In this document: positions 28,230 to 38,252 of the stretch, piece by piece
How positions within the stretch are numbered: position 1 is the stretch's first letter
Layout: each line of letters opens with the position of its first letter
Assembly: GCA_025060085.1 (NCBI GenBank)
Contig: JANXCM010000002.1
Coordinates: forward strand, 1-43,691
DNA from: Patescibacteria group bacterium
GTDB taxonomy: Bacteria > Patescibacteriota > Minisyncoccia > UBA6257 > HR35
Direction of reading: 5' to 3'
Length of the DNA: 43,691 bases
The notes under the pieces: generated by a model
The model's database searches: none
Told to the model about the DNA's origin: nothing
What the model saw: the letters and a program-made list of their open reading frames with translations, nothing else
Program-made: the position numbers and the translations under genes

Positions 28230-30032
28230 ATGAATTGGCCAGAAGAACAACTATTTTTTGATCATTCCAGTCAAACATTTAAAAAATTTAATTTTCCTCA
28301 AAATATTAAATTATTATTTTTTTCTCTATATTTTTTATTTTTGATTCTTTCTCTAAAAATTTTTTTTCTCGACGGTGAAAGATGGAAAACACTCGCTCAA
28401 GCAAATAATAGTCTCAAAATTATCACCACTCCACCTCGTGGTCTAATTTTAGATAGAGATAATAAAGTTTTAACTGATAATCAAACTTCTTTGGATTTAA
28501 TTGTTGATTTGAATTCAATTACCGCTGAAGAAAAAAAATTTTTTGAAAGAATTATTGAAGAGAACAATCTAAACTTTAATATCAAAGCTAATCAATTAAT
28601 TATTAAAAATATTCCTCAAGAACTATCTTCTCGATTAATAATTATCTATAACGATCTTTTAAAAGTTAGATTAGTAGATTCTTACAAGCGAATTTATCCT
28701 TATGAAAAAGGATTTGGAAATTTATTGGGTTATTTGGGTTTTCCCTCACAAGAGGAGATTGAGCAGAAAAAAATAGATCCTAATATTTATCTTGGTAAAT
28801 TAGGGCTGGAAAGTTACTATGAAAACTATTTAAGAGGTAAAAATGGAGAAATTGTTTTTGAAAAAGATACTAAATTAAACATTATCAGAAAAATCAAAAA
28901 TGAAGAGCCGAGAATGGGTTACTCTTTGAAACTAACTATTGATGCTGAATACCAAAAAAAAGCTTATCAAATTTTCGACAATTATATGAAAGAAAATGGT
29001 TATCGTAAGGGTGGATTAATAGTTTTAAAACCTCAAACAGGTGAAATAATTTCTTTAATTTCCTATCCTGATTTTGATAATAATATTTTTATCCACTCCC
29101 CTTATTTAACTAAAGAAATATTAACTGATAAGAATCAACCTCTTTTTAATCGAGTTGTTTCCGGTTTATATGCTCCTGGTTCAGTAATTAAACCTATTAT
29201 TGCTCTTGGAGCTTTAGAAGAAAAAATAATTGATCCTAATAAAAAAATTTATTCAAGCGGTGAATTAAGAATTCCTAATCCTTATTTTCCTGGTCAATAT
29301 TCAATTTTTAAAGATTGGAAACTTCATGGTTGGGTTGATATGAAAGAAGCTATTGCTCATTCTGTTAATGTCTATTTTTATCTTATCGGTGGAGGTTATG
29401 AAAATCAAAAAGGTTTAGGTGTTTATAAAATTAAGGAATACTTTAAACTTTTTGGATTAGGTCAAAAAACTGGGATTGATTTTCCTGGCGAAAAAACTGG
29501 TTTTCTTCCTGATCCAGAAACCAAAAAAAAGAATAATTTTGATAAGATCTGGCGCCTAGGAGATACCTATAATTTGAGCATTGGTCAGGGTGATTTAACC
29601 GTTACTCCTCTTCAAATAGCAGTTTTTACCTCTGCCTTAGCCACTAATAAGGTAGTTAAACCATATTTAGTAAGTGAAATTTTAGATGAAAATAAAAAAA
29701 CCATCTTCCATCAAAAACCTGAAATTATTAAAGAAAATTTAGTTAAAGAGGAAAATTTAAAAATTATTCAGGAAGGAATGAGAATGACAGTTACCGAGGG
29801 AACAGCAAAGGTATTAAATTATGCTTCAATAGCTATTGCTGGCAAAAGTGGCACTCCCGAAATATACGGTAAAAAGAAACTAAATGCCTTTTTCACTGGA
29901 TATGCTCCCTATGAAAATCCTGAAATTGTAATGACTTTATTTATTGAAGAAGTTCCAATAGGAGCAGTGGCTACTTTACCTTTATACAAGAATTTGATAG
30001 ATTTATATTTTTTAGAAAATAAGAATAATTAA
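28230..30032 (+). CDS. mrdA: penicillin-binding protein 2 (elongasome transpeptidase)
   Basis: N-terminal TM segment and PBP dimerisation domain. Transpeptidase motifs SVIKP (SxxK), SVN (SxN) and KSGT (KTG-like). Confidence 0.9.
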   Translation: MNWPEEQLFFDHSSQTFKKFNFPQNIKLLFFSLYFLFLILSLKIFFLDGERWKTLAQANNSLKIITTPPRGLILDRDNKVLTDNQTSLDLIVDLNSITAEEKKFFERIIEENNLNFNIKANQLIIKNIPQELSSRLIIIYNDLLKVRLVDSYKRIYPYEKGFGNLLGYLGFPSQEEIEQKKIDPNIYLGKLGLESYYENYLRGKNGEIVFEKDTKLNIIRKIKNEEPRMGYSLKLTIDAEYQKKAYQIFDNYMKENGYRKGGLIVLKPQTGEIISLISYPDFDNNIFIHSPYLTKEILTDKNQPLFNRVVSGLYAPGSVIKPIIALGALEEKIIDPNKKIYSSGELRIPNPYFPGQYSIFKDWKLHGWVDMKEAIAHSVNVYFYLIGGGYENQKGLGVYKIKEYFKLFGLGQKTGIDFPGEKTGFLPDPETKKKNNFDKIWRLGDTYNLSIGQGDLTVTPLQIAVFTSALATNKVVKPYLVSEILDENKKTIFHQKPEIIKENLVKEENLKIIQEGMRMTVTEGTAKVLNYASIAIAGKSGTPEIYGKKKLNAFFTGYAPYENPEIVMTLFIEEVPIGAVATLPLYKNLIDLYFLENKNN

Positions 30033-30210
30033 AAAAATATAATTTAAAGAATAGAAATTAAATTATTTAAAAAATTTAAGTTAGCTTTTATAGATTGATT
30101 TTATAAATTGCTTAATTATAATTTATTTATTATTTTATTTATATTATTAATATAATAATTAACACAAATATTAAATAGGTCGATTATTAAAATAAAAAAA
30201 ATTATAGGTA

Positions 30211-31637
30211 ATGAATACAACAGCAAATTTAGCCGCTATTTTAATTCTTTTATCTTTAATATTAAATCAAAATAATTTACAGAATATAAACCAGAATAAA
30301 TTCGTATCTCCTGAAAAAACATTAATATAGAAAAATTAATACCTCAATCAAGTAGTAACTTAAGAAATCAAAATTTTCCTAATATTGCTACGGGAAATTT
30401 TATATTTCCTACTAGCACTTTTAGTCCTACCACTTCTCCTGATCAATGCTTACCTTTAGTTTTTGAAAGAGAATTAAGAGAATTTGCCTATGTTAGATCA
30501 GGTAATTTAGAATTGGATAATAATAATCTTTATGTCTTTGGGGTTAAGAATAATAATTATAGAGCCCAATTGAGAGTAGAAAAAAGATTAAAATCTAATG
30601 GAAACTTATTATTAAGCAATAATCTACCTAATATAGGAAGAGAATTAGAGATTTTACCTGCTTTAACAAATATAAGATCAGACAATAATTATCTTTATTT
30701 AGGTGGTTTATATGAAACAATTCGTAATGAATACTCAGAAAATGTTGTTATAGAAGCTATTCAAAAATTAAATAAGTTAGATTTGTCTTTTGTAAATGTT
30801 TTAGCTCGTGGAGGAGAAAGAGATAGTTTTATAAAAATAGGTGTAGATAGAGATAGTATATATTCAATATTTCAAGATGCTACTACAAGTATAAGGTGTA
30901 GTGAAGGTGGTTATTGCTACCTTCATACAGTTCAGAGGAGAAATAAATCTACAGGTAGAATATTTTGGTCATACGATCGAAGAGATTTGTCCTATAACTC
31001 AATATACAATTATTATGATGTGGAAAATGACGGAAGTTATGTTTATTTAGGCGGTAATTACTATAAGGGCTTTGATGATAGTTATCTTTTAATAGAGAAA
31101 ATAGATAAAGAAAGGGGCAAAAAGATATGGGATAAATTTATTAGTTATGTTAATGAAGGTGAATCCATAAGAAGGGGATATTTAGAGTATATCAATGAAA
31201 TAGTGTTAGATGAAAGGTTTATTTATGCAATAGCAGTAGAACCAATACACTATACGGGATCATATTATCAAGATTACTCATCTTATATGTTAAAAATTGA
31301 TAAATTAAATAGTAATGTAATTTGGAAAGTAAGTTTGTTAACTAAAGCAATTAATGAAGCTAGCGCTGATGAAAACTATATTTATATAGTGGGAGAAAAA
31401 CCGATTAGTAATGAACAAAATGAAGTAGATAGGATGTGGTCAATAGAGGTAAGAGAAAAAAGTAATGGCAATTTAGTCTGTTATCTTAATTATAATCCTA
31501 CTCCTTATTGGGATAGCGCCAATAGCATCAAATTAGATGAAAATTTTGTTTATATATCAGGTATAAAAGGAAACTATCCTAATAGTGACTTTTTGCCTCT
31601 TCTTCAAAAAAGAGAAAAGAGATTTTTAATTAGATAA
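30211..31637 (+). CDS. secreted beta-propeller-repeat protein, reading frame interrupted at an A6 tract (possible pseudogene or slippage site)
   Basis: ATG 30211 encodes the signal-like MNTTANLAAILILLSLIL and stops at 30328-30330. The long frame is open from 30315 but has no ATG/GTG/TTG before TTG 30513. The body carries a motif repeated about every 45-60 aa: NNLYVFG, NNYLYLGG, GSYVYLGG, ERFIYAIA, ENYIYIVG, ENFVYISG. Confidence 0.5.
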
Positions 31638-31685
31638 ATTTATTCTTAATTGATTTTTGGGTAAAATAGAGTAGATAGAATTTAT

Positions 31686-31714
31686 TTGAAAATATTATAT
31701 TTAAGATATATAAT
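31686..31714 (+). promoter_or_regulatory. candidate promoter TTGAAA-N17-TATAAT upstream of htrA
   Basis: TTGAAA at 31686-31691, a 17-nt spacer, TATAAT at 31709-31714, and ATG at 31749. Confidence 0.45.
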
Positions 31715-31748
31715 TTTTTATAATAAGAGAATTTTTTAAATTACGAAA

Positions 31749-33029
31749 ATGAGAATATTTCTAATAGTAATTATATCTACTTATCTTGTTTTGCTTGTTT
31801 TTAGTTTTAATGTTAGTTTAGCTCAAGAAAGTTTTAGATTAGTGAATATTTTAGATTACTTAAAAAATTTTGTTACTCGTCCTAATCAAAATAATATTAT
31901 TTCTCCGGAAACAACTGAGAGTATTTTTCAGCCAATTACTGATTACAAACCTGTGGTGGAATATGAAAGTTTAGTTACTCAAGTTATTGAAAAAGTTTCG
32001 CCAGCAGTGGTAAGTATAATTATCACTAAAGATGTGCCTGTTTTTGAAAGATATTACATTAATCCATTCGATGATAGTTTAATTCCTCCAGAATTTAGAG
32101 AATTTTTTAGATTTGAAATTCCAGAATATCGTCAAAAGGGTACAGAAAAAAAACAAGTAGGAGCAGGAACAGGATTTATTATTTCCCCCGACGGTTTGAT
32201 TGCCACTAATAAACATGTAGTTGGTGATCAAAAGGCAGACTATACGATATTTTTGAATGATGGAAGGAAATTTAATGGTAGAGTAATTGCTGTTCATCCG
32301 CGAGATGATTTAGCCTTAGTTAAAATAAATGCTCAAAATTTACCGACAATTAGATTAGGAGATTCAGATAAGATAAAATTAGGTCAGACAGTTATTGCTA
32401 TTGGTAATGCTTTAGGTGAATTTCAAAATACTGTGAGTGTGGGTGTTATTTCTGGTTTAAGAAGAGCAATTACTGCTTCAGATGAAAGAGGTAACGTTGA
32501 AAGATTAGAAAACTTAATTCAAACTGATGCTGCTATTAATCCGGGAAATTCTGGTGGGCCATTAATTAACTTAAGAGGGGAAGTTATTGGTATTAATACA
32601 GCCATTGTAAGTGGTGCTCAAAATATAGGTTTTGCTATTCCGGTTAATAGGCTCAAAAAAATGATTAGAGATGTGAGCGTTAAGGGTAAAGTAGAAATTC
32701 CTTACTTAGGTATCAGATATATTTTAATCACTGACAAGGTTAAAGAAAAATTTAATTTACCATTTGATTATGGCGCTTATGTTTATTCTGATGATCCTAA
32801 ACAGCCAGCAGTAATACCTAATTCGCCTGCAGGTAAAACAGGTATCAAAGAAAAAGATATAATTTTAGAATTTAATAATAAAAAAATAACACCTCAAAAT
32901 AGTTTAGCCCAAATGGTAATAAATAGTCAAGTGGGTGAAATTGTTAGTTTAAAAATTTGGCGAGAGGGTAAAATTATTACTCTTGAGGTAAGGTTAGAGA
33001 AATTGCCCACTGAGCTTGAGAATCAATAA
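31749..33029 (+). CDS. htrA: HtrA/DegP-family serine protease with PDZ domain
   Basis: Catalytic triad context: ATNKHVV (His), DDLALVKI (Asp), GNSGGPLIN (Ser). C-terminal PDZ domain and N-terminal signal anchor. Confidence 0.93.
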   Translation: MRIFLIVIISTYLVLLVFSFNVSLAQESFRLVNILDYLKNFVTRPNQNNIISPETTESIFQPITDYKPVVEYESLVTQVIEKVSPAVVSIIITKDVPVFERYYINPFDDSLIPPEFREFFRFEIPEYRQKGTEKKQVGAGTGFIISPDGLIATNKHVVGDQKADYTIFLNDGRKFNGRVIAVHPRDDLALVKINAQNLPTIRLGDSDKIKLGQTVIAIGNALGEFQNTVSVGVISGLRRAITASDERGNVERLENLIQTDAAINPGNSGGPLINLRGEVIGINTAIVSGAQNIGFAIPVNRLKKMIRDVSVKGKVEIPYLGIRYILITDKVKEKFNLPFDYGAYVYSDDPKQPAVIPNSPAGKTGIKEKDIILEFNNKKITPQNSLAQMVINSQVGEIVSLKIWREGKIITLEVRLEKLPTELENQ

Positions 33030-33555
33030 TTAACAGCTCTAATAAACCTTTTTCAATAACTCTTATTAAAGCTAAAGCTTCTCTAGATGATATTTTTTCT
33101 TCACTTTCTTTCTTGTTAATTATTTCTAAAACATGCAAGGCTCTTAAAAAATCTTGTTTTTTTTCAAAAACGGAATTAGGAATTTTAGAAAATTTTTCTG
33201 ACAACGTTTCCTCTTCATAACCGTATAGGTTTATCACTTCTTCAAGATATTTATAAACTTTTTTTAGAGCTAAGTTAGGATTGAGTAAAAAAATATCTTT
33301 TATTTTCTTCCATTCCCGATTTAAATGCTCAGGTTTAATAAATCCCTCTAAAAAATTTTTTATACTAGTTAACCAGATTGAAGTACCAATTTTATATTTT
33401 TTTTCCAAATAAAAAAAATAAAAGAGACCAAGAAAAGAAAAAATTAAAACCAAGAGAGAAATGATTATTCTCAATTTTTTAAATTCTTCACTACCGTAAA
33501 TTAAACCAGCAAAACTACCGACAATTTCTAAAATTCTTTGAAAAATGTCAATCAT
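32977..33555 (-). CDS. membrane protein of unknown function, translationally coupled to gatA
   Basis: Two hydrophobic segments near the N-terminus. ATGA overlap with the gatA stop. The 3' end overlaps the htrA 3' end by 53 nt (convergent). Confidence 0.5.
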   Translation of the reverse strand: MIDIFQRILEIVGSFAGLIYGSEEFKKLRIIISLLVLIFSFLGLFYFFYLEKKYKIGTSIWLTSIKNFLEGFIKPEHLNREWKKIKDIFLLNPNLALKKVYKYLEEVINLYGYEEETLSEKFSKIPNSVFEKKQDFLRALHVLEIINKKESEEKISSREALALIRVIEKGLLELLIIDSQAQWAISLTLPQE

Positions 33556-34937
33556 TGAGAGGATATAGTTAACTTAGCTAATTCAAATATTTTGTATTCA
33601 TCAAAAACGTTTCCGATAATTTGCATTCCTATCGGTAGATGGTCAATAAAACCAATAGGAATGTTTAAAGCTGGTAACCCAGCTAAATTAACAGGAATAG
33701 TAAAAATATCAGAAAGATACATTTGAAGGGGATCAGAAGTTTTTTCCCCTATTTTAAAGGGCAAAGTGGGACTAGTAGGAGCAATGATTAAATCTACTTC
33801 TTTAAAGGCTCGTTGAAAATCTTCATAAATAGCCTTTCTTAATTTTTGAGCCTTAAGATAATAAGCTTCATAATAACCATGGGAAAGAATAAAAGTGCCA
33901 ATAATAATTCTTCTTTTTGTTTCCTCGCCTAAAAATTTTTGTCGGGTTAATTTATATATTTGCCAAAAATTATCATTTTTTATCCTTTTACCATATCTTA
34001 TTCCATCATATCGAGCTAAATTTGAACTCACCTCGGCTGGCATTAAAAGATAATAACAATGGAGAGAATATTTTATGTGTTTTAATGAAATCTCTTTAAT
34101 TTCTAATTTTAATTTTTTTATTTTTTCCCTAATTAAATTTTTTATCTGAGAATCAAGCTCATCAAAAAATTCTTTTGGTAAACCTATTTTTTGAGTAGTT
34201 AGGGGTTTGAGTTTTTCCTTAGGAAAATTAACACTTGTTGAATCTTTATTATCCTTTCCTTTAATAATTTCAAAAAGAAGAATAAGGTCGTTTAAATTAT
34301 TTGCCATCGGACCAATTTGATCCAAAGAAGACGCCATAGCGATTAGCCCGTATCGAGAAACTACTCCATAAGTTGGCTTTAATCCATATATTCCACAAAA
34401 ACTTGCAGGTTGCCTAATGGAACCACCAGTATCAGAACCTAAGGAAAGAGGAACTAAACCTCCACCTACCGCTGCTGCTGATCCTCCTGAAGATCCTCCT
34501 GGTACTCTTCCTTTATCATAAGGATTAGTTGTTAATTGATAAGCAGAATTTTCTGTTGATGAACCCATAGCAAATTCATCTAAGTTAGTTTTTCCCACTA
34601 TTATCGCACCCGCCTTTATTAATTTATCAACTACTGTAGCATTATAGGGAGCAATATAGTTTTCTAAAATTTTTGAACCAGCAGTACATCGCTCTCCTTT
34701 AACTAAAATATTATCTTTAATAGCAATAGGAATACCGTAAAGAGGTAAATTTATATCCTCTTTTTTTAAATTCTGAATTAGTTTTTGAACTAAACTTTCG
34801 GTAAAGAATAAAAAACTTTTTAAATTTTTATCAGCTTCTCTTAGCCATTGAAAATATTCATTATAAAATTTTTCTAAACCATAATTAAGAATACTCTCTT
34901 TAATTTGGGGAATATTTAATTCTTTGAAATTAAGCAT
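33552..34937 (-). CDS. gatA: Asp/Glu-tRNA amidotransferase subunit A
   Basis: Amidase signature GGSSGGSAAAVGGG...GSDTGGSIRQPASFCG. The start is trimmed to ATG 34937 because the track ORF reads through tRNA-Gly. Confidence 0.94.
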   Translation of the reverse strand: MLNFKELNIPQIKESILNYGLEKFYNEYFQWLREADKNLKSFLFFTESLVQKLIQNLKKEDINLPLYGIPIAIKDNILVKGERCTAGSKILENYIAPYNATVVDKLIKAGAIIVGKTNLDEFAMGSSTENSAYQLTTNPYDKGRVPGGSSGGSAAAVGGGLVPLSLGSDTGGSIRQPASFCGIYGLKPTYGVVSRYGLIAMASSLDQIGPMANNLNDLILLFEIIKGKDNKDSTSVNFPKEKLKPLTTQKIGLPKEFFDELDSQIKNLIREKIKKLKLEIKEISLKHIKYSLHCYYLLMPAEVSSNLARYDGIRYGKRIKNDNFWQIYKLTRQKFLGEETKRRIIIGTFILSHGYYEAYYLKAQKLRKAIYEDFQRAFKEVDLIIAPTSPTLPFKIGEKTSDPLQMYLSDIFTIPVNLAGLPALNIPIGFIDHLPIGMQIIGNVFDEYKIFELAKLTISSQ

Positions 34938-34970
34938 TTTATTCAGGCAATATTCTACTAAAGTATGATG

Positions 34971-35042
34971 AGCGGCGGACGGGATTTGAACCCGCGGCCT
35001 CCTGCATGGCAAGCAGGCGTTCTACCACTGAACTACCGCCGC
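34971..35042 (-). tRNA. tRNA-Gly (GCC)
   Basis: Hand-folded: GCGGCGG/CCGCCGC acceptor, GTTC-AGTGGTA-GAAC, CCTGC-TTGCCAT-GCAGG, GCGGG-TTCAAAT-CCCGT, U73. Confidence 0.9.
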
Positions 35043-35130
35043 TAAATTTCATTATTAGTTTTTTTTATTTTTAGGTTTATAATTAAATTTTATCATAAGA
35101 TTATTTTTTAATTATTTATGATTTAATTTT

Positions 35131-35502
35131 ATGAAAGAAAATCGAACCTTAAAAGAAAGTCGTCAGAATAAAGATTATTATTTAAAACATTATATCCAAC
35201 GAAATAAATCGATACTAATATTAGGTTATAGATTAACCGATCAAAATAGAAATTTTTTCTTAAGAATTGAAGTCGAACATCCACCTGGAAGAGAGATTAA
35301 GGAAAAAGATTTTAAACCAACCTTAATCGCCTTTTTAGAAGAACAACTTCAATCAGAAATTGATGAGAATCGTAAGAAAGGGATAGAAAACTTTATAGAA
35401 TTGGTTAAAAAAGGAGATTTAACCCTAAAGGAGCTAGTAGAAAGATTAGTAAAATTAGGTTTTATTAATTACGAAGAATACAATACTGAAAATAATGATT
35501 GA
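35131..35502 (+). CDS. hypothetical protein (123 aa, charged, no recognised motif)
   Basis: ORF with host-like composition that overlaps the transketolase N-half start by 8 nt. Confidence 0.5.
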   Translation: MKENRTLKESRQNKDYYLKHYIQRNKSILILGYRLTDQNRNFFLRIEVEHPPGREIKEKDFKPTLIAFLEEQLQSEIDENRKKGIENFIELVKKGDLTLKELVERLVKLGFINYEEYNTENND

Positions 35503-36358
35503 GGAACTTCATGAAAATAAATTAAGATTTTTAGAAGAACAAGCGATTAAAATTAGGGAGTTGATAATTGAAATGTTATTAGAAGCTGGCTCTGGTCATT
35601 CGGCTGGTCCCTTAGGAATGGCAGATATTTTTTCTGCTTTTTATTTTCATATTTTAAAACATAATCCTCAAAATCCCAATTGGGAAGAAAGAGACAGGTT
35701 GATCTTGTCTAATGGTCATATTTGTCCTGTTAGATATGTAGCAATGGCTTTAGCAGGTTATTTTCCGATAGAAGAACTTAAAACATTAAGGAAAATAAAT
35801 TCTCGACTTCAAGGGCATCCCCATCGAACCTCTTTACCTGGTGTAGAAAATACCTCTGGTCCCTTAGGTGAAGGAATTTCTCAAGCTATTGGAATGGCAA
35901 TTTCTGCCAAGCTTGATAAAAAGAATTATCATATTTATTGCATTACTTCTGATGGTGAACATCAAGAAGGAAATATTTGGGAAGCCTATATGTTTTTGGG
36001 GAAGAATCAATTAAGTAATTTGACTATAATTATTGATCGGAATTATATTCAAATTGATGGGATAACTGAAGAAGTAATACCCCTCGAGCCACTAAAACAA
36101 AAATTGGAAAGTTTTGGTTTACATGTTTTAGAAGTTGATGGCCATAATATTCGTGCTTTTGTTGATGCTGTTAGAGAAGCTCAATCTGAATGGAAAAGAA
36201 CTTCTGTTATTATTGCTTATACCATTCCAGGCAGAGGAATAGATTTTATGGAAAAAAAATTTGAGTGGCACGGTAAACCGCCTAATAAAGAAGAAGCAAA
36301 AAAAGCTTTAGAAGAATTAAGAACATTACAAGGTAAAATTATTAGCGAGCATCAGTAA
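35495..36358 (+). CDS. tkt: transketolase, N-terminal (thiamine-diphosphate-binding) subunit
   Basis: GSGHSAGPLGMADI, RDRLILSNGH, and GPLGEGISQAIGMA...SDGEHQEGNIWE (ThDP motif). Confidence 0.93.
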   Translation: MIEELHENKLRFLEEQAIKIRELIIEMLLEAGSGHSAGPLGMADIFSAFYFHILKHNPQNPNWEERDRLILSNGHICPVRYVAMALAGYFPIEELKTLRKINSRLQGHPHRTSLPGVENTSGPLGEGISQAIGMAISAKLDKKNYHIYCITSDGEHQEGNIWEAYMFLGKNQLSNLTIIIDRNYIQIDGITEEVIPLEPLKQKLESFGLHVLEVDGHNIRAFVDAVREAQSEWKRTSVIIAYTIPGRGIDFMEKKFEWHGKPPNKEEAKKALEELRTLQGKIISEHQ

Positions 36359-36416
36359 AATAAAATTTAAAAATTTCAAATAAATAAAAAAAATTAATTT
36401 TATACCAGATATAAAA

Positions 36417-36887
36417 ATGTTAATTAGTCCAGAAAATTATTCACATGGAAATAAACCAAATCAGCCAATAGAAATTTATCTCAGAAGCGGATTATCATTC
36501 CCAGGTTTTATAGCAGGATTACACACTTTAGAGTTTAAGAAATTTGATGATGTAACTAGATGGGCGGATATTTCTAAACTAAATGCTAGAGGTCCGGAAG
36601 GACTTAATATTATTATAAGCGTTCCTACAGTAACAGACGTTCTTTTTTTGGGAAACTTAGGATTAGACGGATATCCATATATTTATATGAATAATATTAA
36701 ATACACTACAAGAGATGGAAAAGAAATAGATGCATTTTATTATTATTATCTTACCAAAGAGGGGAAGGTAATTCAAGCTATTCATTCTAAAGATAATCCC
36801 ATGGAAGTTTTATCTACTCAAGAAGTTTCAGGAGAAAGACTGTCAAATCTTGCTAAAATTTTGGATGAAAATAATTTTTTTGGTTAG
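36417..36887 (+). CDS. hypothetical protein inserted between the two transketolase subunit genes
   Basis: 156-aa ORF with no signal peptide and no motif I recognise. Confidence 0.5.
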   Translation: MLISPENYSHGNKPNQPIEIYLRSGLSFPGFIAGLHTLEFKKFDDVTRWADISKLNARGPEGLNIIISVPTVTDVLFLGNLGLDGYPYIYMNNIKYTTRDGKEIDAFYYYYLTKEGKVIQAIHSKDNPMEVLSTQEVSGERLSNLAKILDENNFFG

Positions 36888-36952
36888 TCAAATATGAAAT
36901 AAAAATTTAAAAATTTAAATAATCCAAAAATAACTAAAAGCAAAATATAAAA

Positions 36953-37945
36953 ATGCTCAATCCAGATATATATTTAAATCAAAATATTTTTAATGAAAAT
37001 ATTGACCAAAAGCCTATTCGTGATGGTTATGGAGATGCTTTAGTTGAATTAGGTGAAAAGAATAAAAATGTTGTTGTTTTAACGGCTGATTTAGCTGAAT
37101 CAACTAGAGCTCATAAATTTGCTGAAAAATTTCCAGAAAGGTTTATTGAATGCGGTGTGGCAGAGCAAAATATGGCAGGTATTGCTGCTGGTTTGGGAGT
37201 GTCGGGTAAAATTGCTTTTATTTCTTCTTATGCTACTTTTTCTCCAGGTAAAAATTGGGAAACAATAAGAACAACTATTATTTATAATGATTCAAATGTA
37301 AAAATTGCTGGTCATCATTCAGGAATTATTACTGGTCCAGATGGTGCTACTCATCAAGCAACAGAAGACATTGCTATTACTCGTTGTTGGCCAAATATTA
37401 AAATTATTTCTCCTTGTGATTATTGGGAAGCTAAAAAAGCTACATTATATTCTGCAGAAGTTTATGGTCCTTTCTATTTAAGATTTGTGAGGGATAAAAC
37501 ACCGATTATTACTACAGAAAAGACACCTTTCAATTTTGGGAAAATAGAAATATTTTGGATTTCAGAAAATCCACAATTAGCTATATTTGCTACCGGTCAT
37601 TTAGTTTATCAAGCGTTATTAGCAGCCAAGGAATTGAAAGAAGAAAATATTGATGTTCTGGTTTTGAATGTTCATACTATTAAGCCATTAGAGGAAAATA
37701 AGATTTTAGAAATTTCTTCTCAAGTTAAAGGGATAATTTCTTTAGAAGATCACCAAGTGATTGGTGGCTTGGGAAGTGCTATTGCAGAAGTTTTAGCAAA
37801 AAAAGGGGGAAATATCCCTAAATTAGTAATGCTTGGTCTTCAAAATACTTTTGGTGAATCAGGCACACCAGATGAATTGATTAAAAAATACCAAATGGAC
37901 AAAGAAGCAGTTAAGTTATCTGTTAAAAAATTAATCTCGTCGTAA
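36953..37945 (+). CDS. tkt: transketolase, C-terminal (pyrimidine-binding plus C-terminal domain) subunit
   Basis: RDGYGDALVELG, FIECGVAEQNMAGIAAGL, and GPDGATHQATEDIA. Confidence 0.93.
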   Translation: MLNPDIYLNQNIFNENIDQKPIRDGYGDALVELGEKNKNVVVLTADLAESTRAHKFAEKFPERFIECGVAEQNMAGIAAGLGVSGKIAFISSYATFSPGKNWETIRTTIIYNDSNVKIAGHHSGIITGPDGATHQATEDIAITRCWPNIKIISPCDYWEAKKATLYSAEVYGPFYLRFVRDKTPIITTEKTPFNFGKIEIFWISENPQLAIFATGHLVYQALLAAKELKEENIDVLVLNVHTIKPLEENKILEISSQVKGIISLEDHQVIGGLGSAIAEVLAKKGGNIPKLVMLGLQNTFGESGTPDELIKKYQMDKEAVKLSVKKLISS

Positions 37946-37964
37946 TTTAAATAAATCTTTCAAA

Positions 37965-38252
37965 ATGGTAGTCTCAATAATAAAAAGAGATGGTCGATTA
38001 GAAGATTTTGACATTCAAAAATTAAAAAAATCTATAGAAAATGCTGCCCTTGATGCTGGCTATGAGGAAGATAAAATTTTTCAAATAATTGAAGATATTA
38101 GTAGTTATGTGTTAGAATCTGTAAATGATTTAGATAGAGTTGATAGTCAATCACTAAGAGAATTAATTCTTTCTAAATTAGATAAAGATTATCCCCAAAT
38201 CGCTAAAGCTTGGCGTGATTATGATGTCTATATAAAAGGAGGAAAAGATTAA
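37965..38252 (+). CDS. stand-alone ATP-cone domain protein
   Basis: IIKRDGRLEDFDIQKLKKSIENA... matches the ATP-cone start (V.KRDG..E.F...KI). At 95 aa there is no zinc ribbon and no catalytic domain. Confidence 0.75.
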   Translation: MVVSIIKRDGRLEDFDIQKLKKSIENAALDAGYEEDKIFQIIEDISSYVLESVNDLDRVDSQSLRELILSKLDKDYPQIAKAWRDYDVYIKGGKD

